32,099 nt of DNA from an uncultured bacterium (GCA_964607485.1 CAZSKP010000045.1:1-32099), one strand, 5' to 3'; shown: positions 1 through 9,082, counted from the stretch's first letter. The notes: generated by a model from the sequence alone, not told the origin. Made by a program: numbers and translations.

Positions 1-120
1 GAGCATGACATGCAGGCCGGTGAGCTCGCTTATCGAGGCGGTTTCCATCAACGGCGTTCGGTAAATCGTGTCATGGATGCGTTTCCTGGCTTCGGCGATC
101 ATGCTCGATGACAATGTCAT
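1..120 (-). CDS. ilvA: Threonine ammonia-lyase (PLP fold-type II), 5' fragment running off the window
   Basis: Hand translation from ATG at 120: MTLSSSMIAEARKRIHDTIYRTPLMETASISELTGLHVML, the typical 'A.RI...IYRTPL...S..TG..V.LK' start of Thr/Ser dehydratases. AGGAG RBS upstream. Only 40 codons are visible. Confidence 0.7.
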   Translation of the reverse strand, partial: MTLSSSMIAEARKRIHDTIYRTPLMETASISELTGLHVML

Positions 121-179
121 TGTTCTAGTTCTCCTGGAATGTTGGAGTTTCTTACCGACAAGGCTTGGGGAATATCGCC

Positions 180-1040
180 TCACTTCACGCAAAGGCCGCG
201 GATAACGCAGTCGGCGCATTTTTGAGCCGACCGAACCTTGGGACATTTGTCGAGTATCCCGAGGCGGCATATTGCGAAGTCGTATCTCACCGGATCGGAC
301 GGGTCGAGCCTTTTCAGGTTTTCGGTTATCTCTACGGCCATCGCCCACCCGGGGGATTTCCGGTCCGTCAATCCAATCAGGCTGCAGATGCGGGCCACGT
401 GCGTGTCCAGCGGAATAACAAGGTGCGAGGGCGACACAAAATCCCATAGGCCGAGGTCGAGCCCGTCGTCGCGCCTGACCATCCAGCGCAGATACAGGTT
501 GAGCCTCTTGCATGCGCTCTTGCTCGATGGAGAGGGAAAGAAGAAGCGGACTCCCGCATATCTTGGCAGAACGCCGCCCGGGAAGACCGGCCTGCAATCG
601 AGCGCGAGCACGCGTTTGACAAAGCTGGAAAGGGCAGTCCCAATATTGGGAGCGTCGGGTTCGTAGCCGGCTCGAAAGAATTCTCCGATGGAGCCTTTCA
701 TTTCCAGCATCTGCCTCACGTAGTGGAGGAGCAGCACGATGTCCAGTCCTCGATTGAACCTGTGTGAGATACTGGAGAAATCCGAAGCGCGCGACCGAGC
801 ATCGAACCGCCGCACATACCCCGCCGGACGTTCGCCCATCAGGTCGAGCACGCGCCGGATGCTTCGCTGAATCATCTTGACATTCCCGTAAGCGAGAGAG
901 GAACACACAAGCCCGACAATCTCGATGTCGGCAGGGTCGTCATAGCGGTGCAAGAACATCAATGGGTCGGTGGATAGATATGCGTTGTCGTAGGTCTGAT
1001 AGAGGTCGTCCAGTTTCCTTTTAAGCAGAGGCAGATTCAT
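180..1040 (-). CDS. TIGR02757/DUF2400 family protein (HhH-GPD-related) with C-terminal 4-Cys motif
   Basis: Motifs DPLMFLHRY, LAYGNV, SACKRLNLYLRWMVR, DLGLW, IPLDTHVARI, DPVRYDFA. Start moved to ATG 1040 (MNLPLLK); the ORF-track start at 1094 is an alternative. Confidence 0.85.
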   Translation of the reverse strand: MNLPLLKRKLDDLYQTYDNAYLSTDPLMFLHRYDDPADIEIVGLVCSSLAYGNVKMIQRSIRRVLDLMGERPAGYVRRFDARSRASDFSSISHRFNRGLDIVLLLHYVRQMLEMKGSIGEFFRAGYEPDAPNIGTALSSFVKRVLALDCRPVFPGGVLPRYAGVRFFFPSPSSKSACKRLNLYLRWMVRRDDGLDLGLWDFVSPSHLVIPLDTHVARICSLIGLTDRKSPGWAMAVEITENLKRLDPSDPVRYDFAICRLGILDKCPKVRSAQKCADCVIRGLCVK

Positions 1041-1186
1041 TAAGATGCCTAATTCCGGCGTTCTCGGCCAAGGAGAGACGTGAAACACCGGCAAGAGTCA
1101 GAGTAGCATACCCCGCGCCGACTCGTCAACACGCGGAATCCATGGGTTTTTGACGGGCGCGAACAAAGCAGACTCTTACGACATCG

Positions 1187-1942
1187 TCAAGTGACTTCGA
1201 CGGCGAGCAGCGTCACATCGTCGGTGAAGCCGTCCTCGCACAACTCCTCGATGTGCTCAATGAGCGAAGTGGCCACTTGGCGAGGATTCGGGTGGTCGGT
1301 CATCACCTTCTGACAAATTTCGAGCAACCCGTCTACGTTCAGTCGCTCTCCCGACTTCATTCTGACGTCGAGGAGTCCGTCGGTGTAGAAGAGGAGCATG
1401 TCGCCCTTCTCGAGTTTCGCTTTCATTTGAACATACTCGGTATCGCCAAGGATGCCGAGGGGGATGCCGGAGTTGCGCTCCTCGACGTGCTCCAAGAACT
1501 GCCACCTGCCGCTTGACGAATTGAACCGAAGGACAGTCGGATGGCCGGCATAGGCGTAAACGAAGTCGTCGTTCTCGCCGTTGAACGTTGCAGTCACCAT
1601 GGTAACGAACTTTCCCTCCCGCAGCTTATGTCGAAGGGTATGGTTAATTCCAGTCAGCAGTTTGCTGTTGTCGACTTCGTTGAGATTCGCGCGAAGAAGA
1701 TTCTTGAGTTCAGTCGCCATTCTCGACACGATCTGTCCATGCCCCGCCACGTCGGCCACCACAATTTTCGCAAGCATTTCCTGATCGCAAAGCGAAAGGA
1801 GGTGTATGTCACCGCCTTCACTGGACTCGAAGGGAAGGCTCACCAGATGTCCTTTGAGTCTGCCAAACTCGACATCTTCGGATACGCGTCTGTTGCCCCC
1901 CCAAATTTCGCGGCAGGTGAATTTCTTCGCCGAAGTCACCAT
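1187..1942 (-). CDS. Stand-alone SpoIIE/RsbU-type PP2C Ser/Thr phosphatase
   Basis: PP2C motifs GGD, ADVAGHG, AYAGHP, GIPLG, FYTDGL, DDVT. Confidence 0.9.
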   Translation of the reverse strand: MVTSAKKFTCREIWGGNRRVSEDVEFGRLKGHLVSLPFESSEGGDIHLLSLCDQEMLAKIVVADVAGHGQIVSRMATELKNLLRANLNEVDNSKLLTGINHTLRHKLREGKFVTMVTATFNGENDDFVYAYAGHPTVLRFNSSSGRWQFLEHVEERNSGIPLGILGDTEYVQMKAKLEKGDMLLFYTDGLLDVRMKSGERLNVDGLLEICQKVMTDHPNPRQVATSLIEHIEELCEDGFTDDVTLLAVEVT

Positions 1943-2155
1943 CTTCGCAATTATCCTTTGTTTTCAGCAAAGTGCAAGCCATTTCTCCGCTTATTTCCAA
2001 ATCAGTATGCCTTTTTTGGGGGCTTCGCGCAAATTCCTTCCTATACCTAACCGTTTCAGAAATCAACATGGCAGTTTGTCCCTCCGCAGACGAAGCGCAA
2101 CTCAGAGGATTTCCGGGGAAGACGGGAGGCTTTGCTGATGTATCAAAGATAATGC

Positions 2156-2184
2156 TTGACAGCATATTATCAATGGCTTAGATT
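2156..2184 (+). promoter_or_regulatory. sigma70-type promoter for 2266..3003
   Basis: TTGACA (2156-2161), 17 bp spacer, TAGATT (2179-2184). Confidence 0.6.
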
Positions 2185-2265
2185 ATATATTGATCGGGAC
2201 GGTGCTTCTGCACGTTTACTAGATCGGCGCTGATTTAGGAGGCGGGAGAGGAACTGGCACGCACG

Positions 2266-3003
2266 ATGGAATGCGCGAAACATCCCGGCAGGAACTCGGT
2301 TGGCTATTGCAGGAAGTGCGGCAGTTTCGGCTGCGAGGAATGTATCGTCAAGGTCCTCGTCAGAGGGGACGTAGGCAAACAGTCCAGGCCCGAGGAAGTC
2401 CTGGTTTGTCGCGACTGTCTCAGCGTGATTCGGCGCGATTCGAGCCCCCCAAAAAGCGGCGAGCGGCACACGCCAAAGAAAACGTCGACGGCACGGAGGC
2501 AAAAGGCTGGGAAACAAACAGCTAAGATCATGGCCGTGGCGGCGGCGGTCGTTCTTGTAGCGCTCACCGTATGGGCCGCTGCAACTGTGCTCCCGCGAAT
2601 CAACATTTCCCACCAGTTTAAGTCGGCCGATGCAGTCGCCGCCGAAGCGCTCGACGCCCTCTCCGCCGGCAAAACCGAGGCCTTTCTCTCCTGCGTGAAC
2701 GTGAGGGCTTTCATGAGTCGGATGGACTCGACCGGTCTCACAAGAAGGGATTACGAACAGGCCGACGGCAAGCATTACGCGGAGCTTGAGGCCTCGCACT
2801 GCCAATTATTAGCCCAGGACTTCTTTACACCGAGCAATCTCAGCAAGAAATTCATGGTCACAGGGAAGAACATAAAGAAGGATTCGGCCTCCGTCGATGT
2901 CAAGCCGTGGATACAATTCGGAAGCAAGTTGTATAAGCGCGTACTGCTCGAAAAGAATATGGGCGAATGGAAGATCTCGGGTCTCGCCTCGCCCGATTAC
3001 TGA
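2266..3003 (+). CDS. Membrane-anchored protein with N-terminal B-box-like Zn finger and extracytoplasmic domain (DUF4878/NTF2-like, tentative)
   Basis: CAKH-x8-CRKC-x4-CEEC...CRDC, basic linker, TM segment IMAVAAAVVLVALTVWAAATVL, C-terminal 'GEWKI' strand typical of NTF2-like lipoprotein domains. Confidence 0.65.
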   Translation: MECAKHPGRNSVGYCRKCGSFGCEECIVKVLVRGDVGKQSRPEEVLVCRDCLSVIRRDSSPPKSGERHTPKKTSTARRQKAGKQTAKIMAVAAAVVLVALTVWAAATVLPRINISHQFKSADAVAAEALDALSAGKTEAFLSCVNVRAFMSRMDSTGLTRRDYEQADGKHYAELEASHCQLLAQDFFTPSNLSKKFMVTGKNIKKDSASVDVKPWIQFGSKLYKRVLLEKNMGEWKISGLASPDY

Positions 3004-3059
3004 CCGCCCCCTTTCACTCCCGGCCTCAGTGGCGCCTTCAAGCAAATCCTGTCGCGGGG

Positions 3060-3656
3060 TCATCGTGGCTCGGGCTCCCGGCCGCGCTGCAGAGCAAGGT
3101 ATCCCCGAGCCAGCTTCAGATTTGTTGTTACGACTTCTTCCATGAATTTGCGTTCTTTCGGGCCGGTCTTCGCCAGTCTCGACACCGCCTCCTTGGAATT
3201 CACCACCGCTCCCGGCGGCACCAGCGCGCCTCCGGGAAGCTCGACGCCCTGGACAATAGCGCCAGCGCCAACGAAACCCCCGTCTCCCAGCACGGCGTTG
3301 AAGGCAACCGCGCGAAACCCGACGAAACAGCCCTCGCCGATGTTGCACGGACCGTGGACGACGCATCCGTGGGCCAGCGACGTGCGCGCACCGACACTGA
3401 CCAGTTCCCCTCCGAGCGAGTGAATGATTACGGCGTCCTGGACATTGCACGCGGGGCCAATCACAACGGATTCAACCACGCCCGACTCACCGGGCTCATC
3501 CGCCCGTATGACCGCATTCGGACCGACAAAAACATCGGCCCCGATCTGGACTCTCCCGACGACCTGCGCGGTCGGGTCGATGTAGGTGGTTGAATCCACC
3601 TGGGGCCGGTCGCCCACCGTGTTAGGTCTCAAAGGCTTATCGTAACACTTTTTCAC
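3060..3656 (-). CDS. Gamma-class carbonic anhydrase family protein (left-handed beta helix)
   Basis: Hexapeptide repeats, VIRADE, NVQD, three His ligands (IIH, LAH, VVHG). Start set at GTG 3656, which has GGAGG 7 nt upstream. Confidence 0.88.
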   Translation of the reverse strand: MKKCYDKPLRPNTVGDRPQVDSTTYIDPTAQVVGRVQIGADVFVGPNAVIRADEPGESGVVESVVIGPACNVQDAVIIHSLGGELVSVGARTSLAHGCVVHGPCNIGEGCFVGFRAVAFNAVLGDGGFVGAGAIVQGVELPGGALVPPGAVVNSKEAVSRLAKTGPKERKFMEEVVTTNLKLARGYLALQRGREPEPR

Positions 3657-3788
3657 TAGACAGCCTCCATATCTCTCTGGTCGTTCGCCGCCGTCTCCTG
3701 CACACGCTCGCTTCACGGAGGGGAAAAGGGCATGGCGTAGCCATGGCACGCAATCAAATGAAAGATTCCAGGATTTAGCCGGCCCCCT

Positions 3789-3910
3789 GGAGTGTCAACG
3801 CAAAACGGGAAAGCCCCAGGGGTGTCACACATCGAGGGGCCACGGCCATGAAGAGGATACCACCGTCGGAACAGATAAGGCAAGCGGTTTCTGAACTGCC
3901 CGAGAGTGAA
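3789..3910 (+). mobile_element. Possible left-end remnant of an IS256-family insertion sequence
   Basis: GGAGTGTCAACGCAAAA resembles IS256-type terminal repeats. It is followed by a GAGGGG RBS and MKRIPPSEQIRQAVSEL (from 3848), which resembles N-termini I recall from an IS256 transposase subgroup. No DDE domain and no right end seen. Confidence 0.35.
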
Positions 3911-3934
3911 ACGAGGAGACGGTTTCTTTTCTGT

Positions 3935-3963
3935 TTGAATGATGAAACCTCTTCTGCTAAACT
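3935..3963 (+). promoter_or_regulatory. sigma70-type promoter for the acyl-CoA synthetase
   Basis: TTGAAT, 17 bp spacer, extended -10 TGcTAAACT. Confidence 0.55.
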
Positions 3964-4012
3964 ATCCCCCCGGGAACCAGTGGCAGCGCGCAACCACCGA
4001 GGAGAAAGAGAT

Positions 4013-5572
4013 ATGGACTTGGGAGCCAAATTCAAGAAGAACGCCGAGGACTTTCCTGAAAAGGCGGCCATCATATTCAATGACAAGGTCACCACATACG
4101 CGGAGCTCAACGGCCGGGCAGCCCGCTTCGGCAACGCGATAACCTCGCTGGGCGTCGGATTGAGAGAGAGGGTTGCGGTCATCCTGAGGAATCGCACCGA
4201 ATTTCTGGAGATCATCTACGGGCTGGTCAAGGCGGGAATCACGCTCGTGCCCGTCAACTGGCGGCTTGCACCGGAAGAAATGAGATATGTCATCGACAAC
4301 TCCGAGGCGACGGCGGTGGTCGTCGGCGACGAATTCCTCGAAAAGCTCACGCCGGTCATGAAGGAGCTAACCAAGGTCGATCCCGGCCGGTATATCTGCG
4401 TGGGCGAAAACGCGCCCGCCAACATGCTCCGTTACGAGGAATGCCTCGCCGGCGCGTCGGATTCGGAGCTGGAAGTCGAGAACAAGGCGAGCGACCCCTT
4501 CTTCATAGGTTACACCTCCGGCACCACCGGCTTTCCGAAAGGCGCCATCACCCCGTACGGCGACTGGGAGATTAAGGTATTGTCGCTGTTCGGCCTGCTG
4601 CGTCTGGACGAGGGCGACATTCAACTCCTCACCATGCCCCTGTTTCACATGAACGCAATCAACTCATCCAGCGTCAGCCACTACGCCGGACAGACGGTCG
4701 TCGTCATGGAACGGTTTCGTCCCGAAGAAGCGCTGCGGCTGATAGAGAAGTTCAAGGCGAGCTTCTCGTCGATGGTGCCCACGATGTACAGTCGGCTGAA
4801 GAACATGCCCAAGGACGTTTTCGACAAGTATGACACCTCCTCGATGAAAAGCCTGCTGCAGTCATCTGCGCCGCTTCCCTTCCCGACAAAACAGTGGATA
4901 GTCGCGAGTTTCCCCAGCGCCGGTCTGCACGAGGTCTATGGCGGCACCGAGGCCGGCGTGGTCACCTACCTGCCGCCCGAGGAACAGCTCAATAGGCCGG
5001 GCTCGGTGGGAATGGCGCTGCCGACGGTGGAAATCAAGCTCGTGGACGACGAGGGCAACGAGGTGCCCCAGGGCGAGGTCGGCCAGTTTATCTCGCGCCC
5101 CAGGGAAGGCGCGATGCTCGGAAAGGTGACCGAGTATTACAAGGACGAGAAATCGACGAAGAAGTCCTTTAAGGGTGGATGGTTCTACAGCGGCGACATG
5201 GCGCGGATGGACGAAGACGGGTTCTACTACCTCGTGGACCGCAAGTTCGACATGATCATCAGCGGCGGCGAGAACATCTACCCGGCCGAGATCGAGGCAG
5301 TACTGTACCGGCACCCGAAAATTCTGGAGGCCGCCGTCATCGGCGTGCCCGACGACGAATGGGGCGAGTCGGTCAAGGCGGTGGTCGTGATGAAAGAGGG
5401 CAAGACAGCTACGGCCGAGGAGATTATCAGCTACTGCCGCGAGCACCTGGCCGGATACAAGGTCCCCCGCTCGGTGGACTTCATGGAAGAACTGCCCAAG
5501 ACCGACACGGGCAAGATTCTCAAGAAGATCATCAAGGCGCCCTACTGGAAAGACCGCGACGTGAAGATTTGA
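4013..5572 (+). CDS. Acyl-CoA synthetase (AMP-forming, long-chain-fatty-acid--CoA ligase family)
   Basis: YTSGTTGFPKG, YGGTEAG, SGD, IISGGENIYPAEIE, PKTDTGKILK. Start set at ATG 4013 (MDLGAKF) after GAGGAG; the ORF-track extension to 3848 is probably not part of the gene. Confidence 0.95.
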   Translation: MDLGAKFKKNAEDFPEKAAIIFNDKVTTYAELNGRAARFGNAITSLGVGLRERVAVILRNRTEFLEIIYGLVKAGITLVPVNWRLAPEEMRYVIDNSEATAVVVGDEFLEKLTPVMKELTKVDPGRYICVGENAPANMLRYEECLAGASDSELEVENKASDPFFIGYTSGTTGFPKGAITPYGDWEIKVLSLFGLLRLDEGDIQLLTMPLFHMNAINSSSVSHYAGQTVVVMERFRPEEALRLIEKFKASFSSMVPTMYSRLKNMPKDVFDKYDTSSMKSLLQSSAPLPFPTKQWIVASFPSAGLHEVYGGTEAGVVTYLPPEEQLNRPGSVGMALPTVEIKLVDDEGNEVPQGEVGQFISRPREGAMLGKVTEYYKDEKSTKKSFKGGWFYSGDMARMDEDGFYYLVDRKFDMIISGGENIYPAEIEAVLYRHPKILEAAVIGVPDDEWGESVKAVVVMKEGKTATAEEIISYCREHLAGYKVPRSVDFMEELPKTDTGKILKKIIKAPYWKDRDVKI

Positions 5573-5609
5573 GGCGGCCGAAGGTGTGAAGGGTCGTCCG
5601 CGGCGATTC

Positions 5610-6413
5610 TTACCACTGCTTCTTCACAAGACCCTGCTCCATGTCTCGGATGTGCCTGAGCACATCGATTCCGAGCGTGAGGTGCGTTTCCGCGAATTCC
5701 TCGAAGACCCTCTCGGAGGATTCCTTTGTCTTTATTCCCCGGCCCGAGTGGGGCAGGTCGGAGATCAGGAGCAGCGCTCCGACGTTGAGGTTGCGGCTGA
5801 ATCCGGCCGAGAAAAGGGTCGCGCATTCCATCTCGATCGCGCTCACCTTCTCGCTCTTCAGCGTTTCCCTGAACTTGTCGTCGAATTCCCACATGCGATA
5901 GTTGGTCGTGTGAACCACACCCGTGTGATAAAAGAGGCCGGTACTCTCCATCTCGGTCGTTACCGCTTTTTGAATCGTAAAGGAGGCCAATGCCGGCACT
6001 CGCGGGGGCATGTAATGCTTCGAGGTACCTTCGTCGCGGATGGCCGCCACCGGATTGAAAAAATCTCCGACCCTGTGTTTCTCACGCAGTCCGCCGCACA
6101 ACCCGAGCGCGAGAATCGCAACCGGATCGACGAACGCCAGAAGGTCTATGACCAGCGCGGCCAGGGGCGAGCCCACTCCGAAGTTCAGGATGGATATCTT
6201 CTCTTTGGGCCAGTGACAGACCTCCATCAGAGAGCCGCGCGAAGCCTTCTTGCCGGCCCTCGCGCTGAAAAGGCTCACGTAGTGCGAAAAATTGGTCAGC
6301 AGGACAAACTGCTGAAACTGCGATATATTGCTGTCGGTGTACCGCTCCAGTGAATCGCGTCCGATTTTCTTCTTCAATGTCTCACTGGCCGATGCGCGCG
6401 GTTTTTTCGCCAT
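5610..6413 (-). CDS. amn: AMP nucleosidase (short PNP/UDP-phosphorylase-fold type)
   Basis: LERYT, VLLTNF, NFGVGSP, GLCGGL, AAIRDEGTS, TTNYRMWE, IEMECATLF, LLLISDLP. GGAGG RBS before ATG 6413. Confidence 0.88.
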   Translation of the reverse strand: MAKKPRASASETLKKKIGRDSLERYTDSNISQFQQFVLLTNFSHYVSLFSARAGKKASRGSLMEVCHWPKEKISILNFGVGSPLAALVIDLLAFVDPVAILALGLCGGLREKHRVGDFFNPVAAIRDEGTSKHYMPPRVPALASFTIQKAVTTEMESTGLFYHTGVVHTTNYRMWEFDDKFRETLKSEKVSAIEMECATLFSAGFSRNLNVGALLLISDLPHSGRGIKTKESSERVFEEFAETHLTLGIDVLRHIRDMEQGLVKKQW

Positions 6414-6524
6414 CAGTTTTGATCCTCCATTCGGCACTGGCGGGGATAGATATACATTAATCCGATTACAAAGGCGAGCCGCAGACAGAAATCATACCAC
6501 AAAGGGGCCAATTGAGCACAAGGG

Positions 6525-7082
6525 TCACATCTTCCGTGCCAGTTGGTTGCCCTCGCGGACGGCCTTCTTGTTGAGCTCGAGGAGCGATTCGCGGCGGGTT
6601 CCTTTGAAGCGGTTCGTGAGCGCGCGCTCGAGCATGCCGACCGGCACCGACTCGGCCCTGCCGGCGTAGGCGCCCAGGAGCACCATGTTGGCCACCTGCA
6701 GGTCGCCCAGTTCGACCGCCTTTTCGGATGCCGGCACGTGAAATACCTCGATGTCGTCCCGTTCGCCCTTGGCCGAGATGACGGAGTCGTCGCAGAAGAG
6801 TATGCCGCCGGGTTTGAGGCGCATCTCGAACGTGGTGAACGAGGCTGGGTCCATGACGATCGCGTGGGCGGGATTGAAGATGAGCGGGCTGGGGATGGGG
6901 TTGTCGGAAAAGATGACGGTGCACTCGCTCTCGCCACCTCGCATCGCGGGCGAATAGTTGGGGAAGTAGGAGACGTGGTTGAATATCTGCACCCCGGCCT
7001 CGGCCAGAATGCGGCCGAGCGTGAGCACGCCCTTGCCCCCGAGTCCGGACATGGTGACCTCGAAATACTTGTTCCCCATCAT
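6525..7082 (-). CDS. 2-oxoacid:ferredoxin oxidoreductase, gamma subunit
   Basis: SGLGGKGV, PNYSPAMRGGES, VANMVLLGA, N.KA..EG. Confidence 0.92.
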   Translation of the reverse strand: MMGNKYFEVTMSGLGGKGVLTLGRILAEAGVQIFNHVSYFPNYSPAMRGGESECTVIFSDNPIPSPLIFNPAHAIVMDPASFTTFEMRLKPGGILFCDDSVISAKGERDDIEVFHVPASEKAVELGDLQVANMVLLGAYAGRAESVPVGMLERALTNRFKGTRRESLLELNKKAVREGNQLARKM

Positions 7083-7120
7083 CGGTTCTCCTTACGTGTC
7101 AATCGGCATCGCGGCATAAA

Positions 7121-7891
7121 TCAGTCGTATATCGTATCGATGTTCTTGAATTCGCCCAGGGGAAATTCCTCTATCATGTGCTCCTGGATGAATGCGACCG
7201 ATTCAATCGGAGACATGCCCCAGACCGACGGGCAGGCGGAGAGGAATTCCACGAAACTGTATCCGGCCCCGTCCATCTGCTTCTGAAACGCCGTCGTGAG
7301 AACGCGCTTCGCCTTTCTGAAGTTGCCGGGCGTGTGCACGCTCCCGCGCGCGGAGTAGGCGACCGCCTTGTGGTACGCCGCGAGTTCGGCCCCGTGGAAC
7401 GGGAACCCGTGGTCGGGCCGACGGCCGTCCTGCGTCGTCGTCGTCTTCATTCCCATGAGCGTCGTGGGCGCAAGCTGGCCGCCCGTCTGGCCATAGCCGG
7501 CATTGTTCAAAAATATGGTCGTCAGGCTCTCGTTCCTCAGGACCGCGCTGAGGAAACAGCCGAGCCCTATCGCCCCAAGGTCGCCGTCGCCCTGAAGCGT
7601 GAACACAAGGGCGTCGGGATGAATCCGCTTGACCGCGCTGCCCATGGCGGGCGCGCGGCCGTGGGGGCACGAGGCCCAGTCGACGTTTATCGAGATGGGC
7701 GCTCCGCCGAAGCTGCAGCCGACTCCGGCAAGCCCTATCGCCCTGCCGCCGAGGTTCATCTCTTCGAGCACCTCGCAGATGACGCGCGTGATGATGCCGT
7801 AGTGGCATCCGGGACAGTACAGGCTCGGCAGACCCGTCCGGAGTTCGGGTTTGCCGCACACCAAGACTTTCTTCTGACCTTCAGCGTTCAT
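7121..7891 (-). CDS. 2-oxoacid:ferredoxin oxidoreductase, beta (TPP-binding) subunit
   Basis: YCPGCHYG, GVGC, PHGRAPA, TPP motif QGDGD...NNAGYGQTGGQ, LSACP. Confidence 0.93.
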   Translation of the reverse strand: MNAEGQKKVLVCGKPELRTGLPSLYCPGCHYGIITRVICEVLEEMNLGGRAIGLAGVGCSFGGAPISINVDWASCPHGRAPAMGSAVKRIHPDALVFTLQGDGDLGAIGLGCFLSAVLRNESLTTIFLNNAGYGQTGGQLAPTTLMGMKTTTTQDGRRPDHGFPFHGAELAAYHKAVAYSARGSVHTPGNFRKAKRVLTTAFQKQMDGAGYSFVEFLSACPSVWGMSPIESVAFIQEHMIEEFPLGEFKNIDTIYD

Positions 7892-7987
7892 GATTAGTTT
7901 CCCATCTCCTCGTGACTTGACGTTTCACAAATCGTCTCTTACGAAGATAAACCGTTCACACGGTCTCGCGGGCCGCGAAATCTCCCG

Positions 7988-9082
7988 CTAGTCCCCCTGG
8001 CTTTCGAACAGCGTCTTGATTTCCTTGAACACGCGCTCGGGGAAGATGAGGCCCTGCGGGTTGTCGCTGTTGCGCGCCCACACGCCCAAGTAGTGGACGG
8101 GCACCTGCGCGCGGACGGCGAAGTCCACGTCCTCCTTCATCTGGCCGTTGCTGTCCTCGACGCAGAGCACCCGCTTCGCCTTCAGGGCGGCCTCGCGGAG
8201 CGCCTGTTCGGGATACGGCCACAGCGTGACGGGCCTGAACAGGCCGACCTTCATCCCCTCGGCGCGCGCCATCTCTATCGCCTTCGCGCACGTGCGCGCC
8301 GTGGAGCCGTATGCCACCAGCAGGAGCTCGGCGTCGTCCGCATGCTGCGTCTCGTACCGAATCTCGTTCTCTTCTATCGTCTTGAATTTGTTGAGGAGCG
8401 CCTCGTGCCACGATATCACTCCGCCGTAGTTCACCCATCCGCACACGTGCATGTAGCGCAGGCCGTCTTTCTTTTCGGTGCCCTTGAGCGCCCAGAATTT
8501 GTTGGGCAGCTCGTCGTCGAATTCCAGCTGCTTGAGCTCGACCGCCTCGGCCATCTGACCGAGCACGTAGTCCGACAGCACGAAGCACAGAATGCGGTAC
8601 TTGTCGGCAAGGTGGAAGGCAAGCTGCATGTGTTCGTAGATTTCCTGAGGTGAGGCGGGAGCGAGCACGATGCAGCGGTAGCCGCCCTGGCCGCCGCCTT
8701 TGACAACCATCCGGTAGTCCGTCTGGCCCGCCTGGCCGCCCGTGCCGATGCCGGGGCTCATCCGCGCCACGTTGACGACGACGCATGGCACCTCGAGCTC
8801 GGCGGCGTAGGAGATTCCCTCCTGCATGAGGGCCAGCCCGGGGCTCGAGGTGGACGTCATCACGCGGGCTCCGGCGAGTCCGCCCCCGTAAACCATGTAG
8901 ATAGACGACACCTCGCTTTCCGACTGAACAAACACTCCCCCGGCTTTCGGAAGCTCGCGCGACATAAACTCGGGGATGTCGTTCTGGGGGGTGATCGGAT
9001 AGCCGAAGAAGTACTTGCAATCGGCGGCTATGGCTCCCCGCGCAACGGCCTCATTGCCGGTGATGAACATTCTTTCTGCCAT
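7988..9082 (-). CDS. vorB: 2-oxoacid:ferredoxin oxidoreductase, alpha subunit (VorB-like)
   Basis: GNEAVARGAI, GYPITPQ, QSESEVSSI, TSTSSPG, RPVTLWP. Start at ATG 9082 (MAERMF) after GAGGAG. Confidence 0.9.
   Translation of the reverse strand: MAERMFITGNEAVARGAIAADCKYFFGYPITPQNDIPEFMSRELPKAGGVFVQSESEVSSIYMVYGGGLAGARVMTSTSSPGLALMQEGISYAAELEVPCVVVNVARMSPGIGTGGQAGQTDYRMVVKGGGQGGYRCIVLAPASPQEIYEHMQLAFHLADKYRILCFVLSDYVLGQMAEAVELKQLEFDDELPNKFWALKGTEKKDGLRYMHVCGWVNYGGVISWHEALLNKFKTIEENEIRYETQHADDAELLLVAYGSTARTCAKAIEMARAEGMKVGLFRPVTLWPYPEQALREAALKAKRVLCVEDSNGQMKEDVDFAVRAQVPVHYLGVWARNSDNPQGLIFPERVFKEIKTLFESQGD

Noticed and set aside
2060-2140. Minus-strand GCAAAGCCTCCCGTCT resembling part of a c-di-GMP-I riboswitch
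   Set aside because: The upstream GGCAAA / GAAA-tetraloop hairpin and the matching 3' strand are absent. An Rfam scan would settle it.
3848-4012. 55-aa N-terminal extension of the acyl-CoA synthetase
   Set aside because: A promoter (3935-3963) and RBS lie inside it, and family similarity begins at Met 4013.
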